Positions 16,432 to 25,404 of a stretch of DNA of 61,007 nt are shown here, piece by piece. The notes under the pieces are model-generated. The model had not been told where the DNA came from and made no database searches. It saw nothing but the letters and a program-made list of their open reading frames with translations. Both the position numbers and the translations under genes were made by a program. The DNA is from an uncultured Candidatus Saccharibacteria bacterium. GTDB lineage: Bacteria > Patescibacteriota > Minisyncoccia > Minisyncoccales > MHMH01. The DNA lies in assembly GCA_964568775.1 (NCBI GenBank), contig CAZMQW010000005.1:1-61007 (forward strand). The letters run 5' to 3'. Within the stretch, counting starts at the first letter, position 1. Each line of letters opens with the position of its first letter.

Positions 16432-17781
16432 ATGCCAGAGGAATTACCCGACAAAATACCTCCCCAAAGTGTTGAAGCCGAGAGATCTCTCTTGGGTGCT
16501 TTAATGCTGGATAAAAACGCTATTTTGAAAGTGGTCGATTTTCTCCAGGCCAGAGATTTCTACAAAGAAATCCACCAGCAAATCTACCAGGCCATGGCCG
16601 ACATATTTGAGAAAAGAGAGCCGATTGACCTACTGTCGCTGGCCAACCGCCTCAAAGAAAAAGAGAAACTGGCAGAAATCGGGGGCAACGCCTATCTGAC
16701 CGAGCTGATCAACACTGTACCCACGGCCACCCACGTTTTAAGCTACGCCAAAATCGTGCAGAGAAAAAGGATTCTGAGGGATTTGATTGACGCTTCCCAC
16801 GAAATCGGTTTGATGGGGTACAACGAGACTGAAGACACTGACCAATTGCTGGACAGCGCCGAAAAAAGAATTTTCAGCATCGCCCAAAGATCCCTGACCC
16901 AGGCTTTTGTGCCGGTCAAGGACTCTTTAGAAGAAGCTTTTGAAAGACTGGACAGGTTGTCAAAGCACGGCGGAGAAATGAGAGGACTGCCGACCGGTTT
17001 TAAGGATTTAGACAATATCTTGGCCGGCCTGCAAAAATCGGATTTGATAATTATCGCTTCCCGACCCAGTATGGGTAAATCGGCCCTGGCCGTTGATATT
17101 GCCAGGAATGTCGCTACCCACCAAAAGATACCAGTCGGCATTTTCAGTCTGGAAATGGCCAAAGACCAGGTTGTTGACAGATTGATTGCTGCTCAAGCTA
17201 ATGTTGATTTGTGGCGGTTAAGAACCGGCAGGCTGAGTAGTGAAGGCCCTGATAATGACTTCATGAAAATCCAGAACGCCTTGGGAGTCCTTTCTGAAGC
17301 TCCTATTTATATTGACGATGCCGCTACTTCCAATATTCTACAAATGAGGTCGCTGGCCCGCCGCTTGCAGGCCGATAAGGGCTTGGGGCTTATTGTTGTT
17401 GACTATTTGCAGCTGATGGAACCGAGAACCTTTGCCGCCAGCATGGTCCAGCAAATGACCGAAGTCTCCCGCTCTTTAAAGGGCCTGGCCAGAGAGCTGA
17501 ATATTCCGGTTTTAGCCTTATCGCAGCTCTCCCGAGCAGTTGAACAGCGCACTCCGTCCAAGCCAAGGCTTTCCGACTTGAGAGAAACCGGCGCTATTGA
17601 GCAGGATGCCGATGTTGTCTTGTTTATCTACCGGGAAAAAGAAATGGGCGAAACTGTTCCCCAAAACACGACTGAAATTATCATCGCCAAGCACCGCAAC
17701 GGCCCCATCGGCGCCATAAAGTTGTATTTTGACAGCCAGCGAGTCACCTTCCGCAACTTAGAAAAGGAAGAACAGGATTAA
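16432..17781 (+). CDS. dnaB: Replicative DNA helicase
   Basis: PPQSVEAE, ASRPSMGKS, VDYLQLM, LSQLSR, DLRETGAIEQDAD, AKHRNGP; no intein. Confidence 0.97.
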   Translation: MPEELPDKIPPQSVEAERSLLGALMLDKNAILKVVDFLQARDFYKEIHQQIYQAMADIFEKREPIDLLSLANRLKEKEKLAEIGGNAYLTELINTVPTATHVLSYAKIVQRKRILRDLIDASHEIGLMGYNETEDTDQLLDSAEKRIFSIAQRSLTQAFVPVKDSLEEAFERLDRLSKHGGEMRGLPTGFKDLDNILAGLQKSDLIIIASRPSMGKSALAVDIARNVATHQKIPVGIFSLEMAKDQVVDRLIAAQANVDLWRLRTGRLSSEGPDNDFMKIQNALGVLSEAPIYIDDAATSNILQMRSLARRLQADKGLGLIVVDYLQLMEPRTFAASMVQQMTEVSRSLKGLARELNIPVLALSQLSRAVEQRTPSKPRLSDLRETGAIEQDADVVLFIYREKEMGETVPQNTTEIIIAKHRNGPIGAIKLYFDSQRVTFRNLEKEEQD

Positions 17782-17783
17782 TT

Positions 17784-18377
17784 ATGTATTCCCCTCTTAT
17801 CCAAAAACTAATCAGCATTTTTGCCAAATTTCCGACCGTAGGACCGCGGACCGCGGCCCGTTTCGTTTTCTACTTACTCAAACTTTCAAAAGAAGAAATA
17901 AACGAAATAACTCAATCAATCTCTACTTTAAAAGAAAAAGTGAAATTCTGCTCTTTCTGTTTTCAGCCGTTTGAGGGTGAGGAAGAGCTTTGCGAAATCT
18001 GCCGCAATCCAAAAAGGGACAAATCCTTGCTCTGTGTTATTGAAAAAGAAACAGATTTAGTGCCGCTGGAAAAGACTCATAAGTACCAGGGACGCTATTT
18101 TATTCTGGGAGGCACGGTGGCCAAGTTAAAGCAAGAAGATATCAAAAACCTAAGAACGGAAGAGCTTTTAAAAAGGGCTGAAAATCCCGAAATCCAGGAA
18201 ATCATCATCGCCACCAATCCGACCACTGAAGGCGAAAGCACCGTCCTTTATTTGGAAAGAATCTTAAAACCTTTGAATAAAAAGATCACCCGGCTGGGCC
18301 GAGGATTGCCAGTCGGTAGCGAGCTGGAATACGCTGATGAAGAAACTCTGGGTTCAGCACTGGAAGGTAGAAAATAA
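17784..18377 (+). CDS. recR: Recombination mediator RecR
   Basis: PTVGPRTAARF, CxxC...CxxC, TOPRIM ATNPTTEGE, GSELEYAD. Confidence 0.96.
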   Translation: MYSPLIQKLISIFAKFPTVGPRTAARFVFYLLKLSKEEINEITQSISTLKEKVKFCSFCFQPFEGEEELCEICRNPKRDKSLLCVIEKETDLVPLEKTHKYQGRYFILGGTVAKLKQEDIKNLRTEELLKRAENPEIQEIIIATNPTTEGESTVLYLERILKPLNKKITRLGRGLPVGSELEYADEETLGSALEGRK

Positions 18378-18406
18378 AAAAGTCCCTGGCAATCCGCCGA
18401 GGACTT

Positions 18407-18859
18407 TTATGTTTGGGCACGGTAATGCTCAACCGCTTCAAGCAACTTTTCGTTGGGCATATCTAAAAATAAACAAGCCTGCTGCTGAATTTTTTCTTCA
18501 ATAACCTCAAAATCATTAATTTCAGCAACAACGTTTTCTAAGACCCAGCTTTCCCCTCTTCGGTAGAAAAGAACTGATTCTTCCCATTCCAGATAGCCTG
18601 ACAATCTTGCCTTGCGCATACCTGCTTTCAATTCAGCGCTGACTGGAACCCTTAATTCGCTACTGGTCCAGGGAATAAATTGAAAGCCATAATCGAAATC
18701 AATAACTCCCAAACAGCCGATTAAGTAAACGAGGCTTTCCAGGCGCTTCACAGGGATAAAGATATTGTTTTTTTCAGTTATATAGAGAAAAACCAATAGC
18801 TTCTGGTAATTATCCAGAGTTAAGTCTGCCAGCTTGCGCGTTCGCGCCCTTACCTCCAT
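18407..18859 (-). CDS. Hypothetical protein (weak resemblance to YwgA-like winged-helix proteins)
   Basis: 150-aa ORF with AAAGGAGG SD; KRLESLVYL...DYGFQF pattern only suggestive. Confidence 0.55.
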   Translation of the reverse strand: MEVRARTRKLADLTLDNYQKLLVFLYITEKNNIFIPVKRLESLVYLIGCLGVIDFDYGFQFIPWTSSELRVPVSAELKAGMRKARLSGYLEWEESVLFYRRGESWVLENVVAEINDFEVIEEKIQQQACLFLDMPNEKLLEAVEHYRAQT

Positions 18860-18892
18860 AAATTCCTCCTTTCTTATTCAGATTTTAAGATT

Positions 18893-19201
18893 CTATCCTA
18901 TCTTTAATATCTCGACTTGGGTAAAGGGCTGACGATGGCCCTTTTTTAAATGATATCGTTTTTTCGACTTGTATTTGAAAATAATAACTTTTTTACCCTT
19001 GCCTTGTTTTAAAACCTTGGCAGTCACCTTGGCGCCTTTGACCAAAGGGTCTCCGATCTCAATTTTTTTCTGTTTCTCCAATAATAAAACTTCGGAGAAA
19101 GTAACTTCACTCCCCTCTTTTTTGTTCAATTTCTCTATTTTTATTTTATCGCCGGGCGAAACAAGATATTGTTTCCCGCCGGTTTTGATAACTGCTAACA
19201 T
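18893..19201 (-). CDS. rplU: 50S ribosomal protein bL21
   Basis: AVIKTGGKQYLV, KKGHRQPFT. Confidence 0.97.
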   Translation of the reverse strand: MLAVIKTGGKQYLVSPGDKIKIEKLNKKEGSEVTFSEVLLLEKQKKIEIGDPLVKGAKVTAKVLKQGKGKKVIIFKYKSKKRYHLKKGHRQPFTQVEILKIG

Positions 19202-19204
19202 ATT

Positions 19205-20218
19205 TTATTTGCTCTTTAATTTTTTCGGCTCTTTGAATTCTTTTAATCTTTCGACTTTGTCGGAAAAGATACTTAAGCGCTTTTCCGAACTGTCGTAGGA
19301 AGAAACAGCGTTTCTCAAATGGGAGCCCAATTTCCGGAAATCGTTCATCAGCTTTGAAGCGTCCTGCTGAACCCTGTCCAGCCTCTTCAATATCTCCTGG
19401 GTCTGCCGGGAAATCTGCGTATCCTTGAACCAGTGCTCCACGGTTCTCAAAGTCAGATAAATGGTGTTGGGAGAGGTTATAACAACCTTCTTGCCCATGG
19501 CATAGCCGGCCAAGTCGAATTCCCGCCCGATATTGTTGACTATTTCGTAATAAATGGCTTCGGCTGGTATGTACATCAGGGCGAACTCAACCGTGGACTC
19601 TGCCGGTATTATATACTTTGAGGCAATTTTATCAATATGGCCCTTAATGTCTTCAATAAATCTTTTCTGAAAAGCATTTTTTTCATTGCCGGTGCCCTCA
19701 ACCATTTTAATAAAGTTCTCGGAAGGAAATTTGGCGTCAATCGGCAGAATTTTGCCGTCAGGCAGTTTCAAGGCAGCATCAACCTGCTCGCCGGAAGAAA
19801 ACAAATACTGTTTTTTGTATAATTCGGCCGGAAAATGCTGGGACAAAATGTGCTCTAAAGAAGCCTCGCCCCATTGGCCTCGCAGTTTGGGCGCTTTGAA
19901 AATTTCCTGGAAAGAGGAAACATCCTTAACCCTTTCCTGAACCTGTTTCAAATCTTCTCTGATTTGCGTCGCCTCCTTGGTAAAAGAGGAAATCTGTTTG
20001 TGCATTTCCTGTGATGTACCCAACTGGCTGTCCCTGATTTCCTTGAGCTGGCCGATCATTAAATCGGTCAGGCGCCTTTCCAGATCCCTGATATCGGCTG
20101 ACTGGGTTTTGTCGACTCTTGACTTTTTCAGCCAATAAAAAAATAGTCCTATTAAAAAGCCGACGCACAAGGTAATTAAAAACAAATAGTCGGCAATTTG
20201 AGAAAAAAAACCATCCAT
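19205..20218 (-). CDS. rmuC: DNA recombination protein RmuC
   Basis: N-terminal TM and coiled coil, RGQWGE, PIDAKFP, FALMYIPAEAIY. Confidence 0.92.
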   Translation of the reverse strand: MDGFFSQIADYLFLITLCVGFLIGLFFYWLKKSRVDKTQSADIRDLERRLTDLMIGQLKEIRDSQLGTSQEMHKQISSFTKEATQIREDLKQVQERVKDVSSFQEIFKAPKLRGQWGEASLEHILSQHFPAELYKKQYLFSSGEQVDAALKLPDGKILPIDAKFPSENFIKMVEGTGNEKNAFQKRFIEDIKGHIDKIASKYIIPAESTVEFALMYIPAEAIYYEIVNNIGREFDLAGYAMGKKVVITSPNTIYLTLRTVEHWFKDTQISRQTQEILKRLDRVQQDASKLMNDFRKLGSHLRNAVSSYDSSEKRLSIFSDKVERLKEFKEPKKLKSK

Positions 20219-20274
20219 AAAAACATCTTATCATTCTTGCCCTGTCTCGTCAAAATCCCAACCCTAAAAAGAGA

Positions 20275-21231
20275 TTATTTTAAGAAAATCTCAACCATTA
20301 CAAAAGCAAGATAAACTAAAAGCAAAAATACAGCCTCTTTGCGACTGATTTCCCGGCCGGTCCGGGCAAAGATAAAAAAGAATAAAACGGCCGCTATAAC
20401 GAAAGCGATGCCGCTGATATAAGGAGCGAACTGCGCAATATACAAAGGATAAATTAAAACCGTCACCCCCAAGACCAAGGTGGAGTTAATCACCACCGAA
20501 CCCAGTAAATTGCCCAATACCATGTCTTTGTGGCCTAAGGTAATGGCTCTGATGCCGAAAACAATTTCGGGCAGATTGGTGCCCAAAGCCACCATCAGGG
20601 CGCCGATAATCACCAAAGGCAGATTGAAAGCCATGGCCAAGTTGCTGGCTGACCAAACAATTCCTTCAGCCGACAATAATAACAACACAAGACCGATTAA
20701 AAACACTCCCAGGTCTTTCAGGAAAACTTTATACCTCGACCAACCCTTGCCCAAAGCATTGTTAAAGACCTTGGTAAATCTTTCTTTTTGATGGAAAAGA
20801 CGCTGCAGATAGAAAGCCAGGGCCAAAAGCAGAACCACCCCATCCATCCGGGAAATGTTGCCGTCCAGCATCAGCAAAATGGGTAGAAAAGCCAGTACCA
20901 TAGTGTAGATAGTGCTGCGCCGGATTACCGCGCCCTCGCACTTCAACCCTTTGGCAACAAAAACACCGATGGCCACGGCCAAAGTCAGGTTAATGATGTT
21001 CGAACCGATCACGTTGCCGAAGGAAAGCTGTGGCTGGCCGTGCAGGGCTGCCATAACGCCGACGAAAAGCTCTGGGACAGAAGTGGCAAAAGCCATCAGG
21101 ATAAAAGCCACCACGAATTCGGTCATGCGCAGATACTTGGCAATCCTGATCAGGCTGCGTACCAGCCAAACGCCCGAACGGATTAGGACCGCGCAGGAAA
21201 CGATAAAAATTAAAATATTTGGCCAGATCAT
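20275..21231 (-). CDS. Ca2+/cation antiporter (CaCA, YrbG-like)
   Basis: Alpha repeats AFATSVPE...GNVIGSN and ALGTNLPE...GNLLGS. Confidence 0.92.
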   Translation of the reverse strand: MIWPNILIFIVSCAVLIRSGVWLVRSLIRIAKYLRMTEFVVAFILMAFATSVPELFVGVMAALHGQPQLSFGNVIGSNIINLTLAVAIGVFVAKGLKCEGAVIRRSTIYTMVLAFLPILLMLDGNISRMDGVVLLLALAFYLQRLFHQKERFTKVFNNALGKGWSRYKVFLKDLGVFLIGLVLLLLSAEGIVWSASNLAMAFNLPLVIIGALMVALGTNLPEIVFGIRAITLGHKDMVLGNLLGSVVINSTLVLGVTVLIYPLYIAQFAPYISGIAFVIAAVLFFFIFARTGREISRKEAVFLLLVYLAFVMVEIFLK

Positions 21232-21233
21232 AT

Positions 21234-23975
21234 TTAAGTCTTCTTTTTAACGATGAAATAATATTTAGCCACTTCAATCAAGATAACATTTGACAGGCCG
21301 AAAGCCAAAAGAACCAGCCAGCTCAAAGGCCCCAGCGAAACTGTTCTCAAAAGAGTCTGGAGAACCGGCAGATGAATGCCGGCTGCCAGCATAAAAAAAC
21401 CGAACAGGACCGCCAGGACCAAAAACTTATTGGAGAAGAGGTTGATATGCCAGATATTCCTTCTCAGGCTTTTGCAGGAAAAGATGTAAAAAAGAGAATT
21501 AATCCCCAAGCCGCCGAAAATCATTGTCCTGACGTAAGCCGTCTCGCAGCCCTGCCGCAGCAGCCACCACAAAAGCCCCACTAAAATAAAATCAGTCAGC
21601 AAGCCAATGATAAAAATAATGGCTTTCATCTCGTTGTTAAAAAGACGGTTCTTTTTCCCTTCGGGCTTTCTCTGCAGAACGTCTTTTTCTTTCGGCTCAA
21701 AAGCTAAAGCCAAACTGGGCAAACCATCTTCAATCAGATTGACCCACAAAATCTGGACCGCGGTCACCGGCAAAGGCCAGCCCAGAATAATACTGATGCC
21801 AATCAGCAGGGTTTCGGTAAAGGAGTCGGAAAGCAAATAGATCATCACCTTTCTTATATTGTCAATAATGGCCCGGCCCTCTTCCACCGCCGCCACCATA
21901 ATGTTGAAATTGTCTGTCAGGAGAACCAAATCAGACACTTCTTTGGCCACGTCGGTCCCTGAACCCAAAGATACGCCGATATCGGCTTTTTTTAAAGCCG
22001 GCGCATCGTTGATCCCGTCCCCGGTCATAGCCACCACTTCTCCCCGCTGCTGCCAGGCTTCGATAATCTTTAATTTGTGCCGGGGTTCAACCCGAGCGTA
22101 AATATTAATGTTTCTGACCTTTTTTTGAAATTCCTCTTTTGACATTTCATCCAAATCTTTGCCCTCAATCATATTTTCTTTTTTAATCTTAAAACCGAGC
22201 TCCTCAGCCACTGCCTTGGCGGTCAGCAAGTGGTCGCCGGTAACGATAATCGGTTTCATACCGGCCCGCTGACAGATCTTGATGGTTTCTTTCGCCTCTT
22301 CCCGAACAGGATCTTTCAAACCCATAAAGCCGACAAAAGTCAGTTCAACCACCTCCTCTGCCAAATCTGAATTTTCATCTTTTGGTTTTTTGATTTCTTT
22401 GTAAGCTGCGGCCACCACCCTCAACCCTTTCTTAGTTAAATCCTCCAGTTCCAGGTTCAGCCGGGCGAAGGTTTTTTCATCCAACTTGTGCGGCCGGCCG
22501 TTTTTTTGAACGTGACTGGAAAAACTGAGAAGCTTTTCCGGCGCGCCGATAACGAATAAAACCTGCTCGCCTCCCTCGATAATAGGATCCCTGATTAAAG
22601 AAATCTTGGTTTTGCTTAATGATTTATCTTTAAGGAAAATCGGATCAGTCTGGATAAGGGAGGCGGCAAATTTGTTTTCGGAGTTAAAGGGCAATTCGTT
22701 CACCTTATAATAAGCTTTTTCCAAATCATCTTTTTTGAACCCAACCTCGGCCCCAGCCACCAACAGAGCTTTATCGGTCGGCAAACCCCTGACCCGCCAG
22801 AGCGGATAGGGATCGTGGGGATTTTCCACAAAAGCTTCGTTAGCCAGGGTGAAAATCTTCATTAAAAGGATCTGGTCTTTGTTGAAATCCTGGCGAAAAG
22901 AATCCCGCCAGGCAATCTTTCTTTCCCCACCAATCATTTTGTCCAAAACAATAGTTTCCACCACTTCCATTTTTCCTTCGGTCAAAGTCAGGGTTTTGTC
23001 AGTGGCAATGACTGAAGTTGAACCCAGGGTTTCGGCCGCAATCAGTTTTCTGACCAAGCCTTTCCTTTTTAGAATCCGCTGCATGCCCAAAGCCAGAATA
23101 ACGGTCATGGCCACGGGCAAGCCTTCGGGAATGGCGGCCACGGCTACGGCCACCGAAGTCATGAACATCTCAATTATTTCCTTGCCTCTCAATACTCCCC
23201 CGACAAAAATAGCCACCGAAATTATGGCCACAATAATGCCGGCCAATTTGCTGAACCTGGCTAATTTCTTCTGCAAAGGAGTTTTGTCTTCGGCGGTTGT
23301 TTTGACCAAAGAGGCAATGCGGCCCATTTCAGTATTCTGACCGATAGCGGTTACCACAGCCTTGCCTTTGCCATCCTCCATTGTACAGCCCATATAAACC
23401 ATGTTGTCCCGGTCAGCCAAAGGCGTGTCATCGGCCAAAACCTCAGCGGTCTTTTGGGCGACCAGCCATTCGCCGGTCAAAGGCGATTCGTTAACTTTTA
23501 GGTTGTTGGCCTGGATTATCCTGGCGTCGGCTGGCACCTTATTACCCGAAGTCAAAACAATGATGTCGCCGGGCACCAGCTCCTGCGAGTCAATCTTCAG
23601 CTCGTTGCCTCCCCGGATAACCTCGGCCTCAACCTTGACCACTTTTTTCAATTCTTGCAAGGCCCGGCTGGCTTTGTTCTCTTGAAAATAGCCCACGATT
23701 GTATTCAAAAGTATGGCGCCGGCAATCACAATAAAATCAGCCCACTCTTTCAGAAATAAACTGATTAAAGCGGCCACAATCAGAATATAGATAAGCGGGC
23801 TTCTTAACTGCTCAAAGAAAATCCTCAGCTTCGACAAAGGCCTCTCTTCGGGCAGAACGTTAAGGCCGTCTTTCTGTCTGGCCAGAACATCCTTCTCGGT
23901 CAAGCCTTGCTTAATGTCGGATTCAAGAACCCTGACCGACTGTTCCCAGGAAAGACTGTGCCAGTTGTTTTGCAT
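21234..23975 (-). CDS. P-type II cation-transporting ATPase with atypical motifs
   Basis: IPEGLP, DKTLTLT (phospho-Asp), TGDH, MTGDGINDAPALK; TGEW in place of TGES. Confidence 0.92.
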   Translation of the reverse strand: MQNNWHSLSWEQSVRVLESDIKQGLTEKDVLARQKDGLNVLPEERPLSKLRIFFEQLRSPLIYILIVAALISLFLKEWADFIVIAGAILLNTIVGYFQENKASRALQELKKVVKVEAEVIRGGNELKIDSQELVPGDIIVLTSGNKVPADARIIQANNLKVNESPLTGEWLVAQKTAEVLADDTPLADRDNMVYMGCTMEDGKGKAVVTAIGQNTEMGRIASLVKTTAEDKTPLQKKLARFSKLAGIIVAIISVAIFVGGVLRGKEIIEMFMTSVAVAVAAIPEGLPVAMTVILALGMQRILKRKGLVRKLIAAETLGSTSVIATDKTLTLTEGKMEVVETIVLDKMIGGERKIAWRDSFRQDFNKDQILLMKIFTLANEAFVENPHDPYPLWRVRGLPTDKALLVAGAEVGFKKDDLEKAYYKVNELPFNSENKFAASLIQTDPIFLKDKSLSKTKISLIRDPIIEGGEQVLFVIGAPEKLLSFSSHVQKNGRPHKLDEKTFARLNLELEDLTKKGLRVVAAAYKEIKKPKDENSDLAEEVVELTFVGFMGLKDPVREEAKETIKICQRAGMKPIIVTGDHLLTAKAVAEELGFKIKKENMIEGKDLDEMSKEEFQKKVRNINIYARVEPRHKLKIIEAWQQRGEVVAMTGDGINDAPALKKADIGVSLGSGTDVAKEVSDLVLLTDNFNIMVAAVEEGRAIIDNIRKVMIYLLSDSFTETLLIGISIILGWPLPVTAVQILWVNLIEDGLPSLALAFEPKEKDVLQRKPEGKKNRLFNNEMKAIIFIIGLLTDFILVGLLWWLLRQGCETAYVRTMIFGGLGINSLFYIFSCKSLRRNIWHINLFSNKFLVLAVLFGFFMLAAGIHLPVLQTLLRTVSLGPLSWLVLLAFGLSNVILIEVAKYYFIVKKKT

Positions 23976-24025
23976 TATATTATTGTAAACGAAAAAAAGG
24001 CCAATTAAAAGCCTTTCTACGAATG

Positions 24026-24098
24026 TGGCCCCACCGGGATTTGAACCCGGGTTACATGCTTGAGAAGCACGCGTCCTGAACCACTAGACGATGGGGCC
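24026..24098 (-). tRNA. tRNA-Glu (CTC)
   Basis: Cloverleaf GGCCCCA/TGGGGCC, anticodon arm CGTGC-TTCTCAA-GCATG, T arm CCGGG-TTCAAAT-CCCGG. Confidence 0.95.
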
Positions 24099-24106
24099 GT
24101 GGGAGA

Positions 24107-24479
24107 GAGGTGATGATCCATTATTTTTTACTGTTCTCCCCGATTAATAGACGCAGTATCTCTTGGGGGCTTTTGCCCTTCTTTATTTCCTCAACTATAG
24201 ATTGATTGAATTTCCGCATATACTCATCGGCCAGACCTAGGCCGCTTTTACCGAAATCCATATGCTGCTGGACTTTTTTCCAACAGTCTTTGGTCTCTTG
24301 CTTTTCCTGCTTTTGATCCTGCTCAAAGCATTCGCGGAAATTATTCATTCGATGGATTTGAACCACGCGCCAAAGGCGGATTCTCGCCTTTCGGATGTTT
24401 TTAAGGATTGCCTGGTTGTTTTGAGATTGAGATATTACCATTCTCCGCCTCCTTTCCCGAGTATTTGGATCATCACCTC
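24107..24479. repeat. Perfect 14-bp inverted repeat (24107-24120 / 24466-24479) enclosing one gene
   Basis: GAGGTGATGATCCA and its reverse complement TGGATCATCACCTC. Confidence 0.85.
24121..24441 (-). CDS. Hypothetical helical protein
   Basis: 106-aa ORF with AAAGGAGG SD and upstream extended -10 (TGcTAAAAT). Confidence 0.7.
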   Translation of the reverse strand: MVISQSQNNQAILKNIRKARIRLWRVVQIHRMNNFRECFEQDQKQEKQETKDCWKKVQQHMDFGKSGLGLADEYMRKFNQSIVEEIKKGKSPQEILRLLIGENSKK

Positions 24480-24572
24480 CTTGGTATAAGTTGTGCCGGT
24501 GTTATTTTAGCACAAAAACAAATAAAAAGCCATCCGGATTATACGGCGGATGGCAGAAATGAACTTAATTTT

Positions 24573-24827
24573 TTATGATTGAGCTAACGCCTTCAACGGT
24601 GCTGATATTTTTATCATCATTCTTTTTTCTATCCGAAGAGCTACTTTACTCCCCGGCAAATGAATGATTTCATTTAAAGAACCGTTATGTTTTCTTTTGC
24701 GGTGAATCACTGTCTTGCAGATTTCACATATTCTCCATTTATTATCTACCTCCAGCATTTCTTGCGAACAGCAATATTGAGAATAAGTAGTTTGCGAACG
24801 ACCATTTTTAGAGTGTTTATTGGCCAA
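24573..24827 (-). CDS. Possible small CxxC protein; start uncertain, may be degenerate
   Basis: CEIC motif; the GGAGGT SD in this region leads into a 4-codon ORF in another frame. Confidence 0.3.
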   Translation of the reverse strand: MANKHSKNGRSQTTYSQYCCSQEMLEVDNKWRICEICKTVIHRKRKHNGSLNEIIHLPGSKVALRIEKRMMIKISAPLKALAQS

Positions 24828-24930
24828 GAGTTCCTCCTTCTCAATCTATATGAAATCATAAATAAACTGAAAAGAACTATTAAATAAGCATCACCCCCTT
24901 ATAATTTTGACGCAATTGCACTTTAGCACA

Positions 24931-25404
24931 CTACTGCAAATCCCTCAAGGCTTCGGAAACTTCAACTAGGTTTAAGTCAAGAATCTCTCCCACGGCGGCT
25001 GCGGCCAGAGCTGCGTGAATGTGCTCTTGGCCGGAGAAATTCTCCAGCCAGACTGGCACGATATTCCCCTGATAGTTTATTTTAAAATTGATGCCGCCGT
25101 TGATCCTAACGTCCGACGCCCGGAAATCAGCATCGGCCCGGAAACCGAAAGTCAGAACCTTAACTGAATCCGGCCGGCCGATTCTCCTGATATTCTCGTC
25201 GTCCCAGTCCAGAACCAGGAATTTTTTCTTACCCGGCAAAAACTGCTCCCGGTAATTGGTTATCAGCACTTTCTTTTCCAACAGAACCGGATTGCCTAAA
25301 ACTCGGAAGATGAATTTCCTAACTAATTCCAAATTACCGGCTGTTACAACCGCTATTTTGGGCTTCTGCCAGAAAAATAAGATTTTTAACAATATTTTAT
25401 TCAT
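24931..25404 (-). CDS. Truncated Mur-ligase central-domain-like protein (probable start 25404)
   Basis: KIAVVT..., VLTFGFRADADFRASD, HIHAALAAAAVGEILDL resemble the MurF/MurE central domain; about 157 aa. Confidence 0.65.
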   Translation of the reverse strand: MNKILLKILFFWQKPKIAVVTAGNLELVRKFIFRVLGNPVLLEKKVLITNYREQFLPGKKKFLVLDWDDENIRRIGRPDSVKVLTFGFRADADFRASDVRINGGINFKINYQGNIVPVWLENFSGQEHIHAALAAAAVGEILDLNLVEVSEALRDLQ

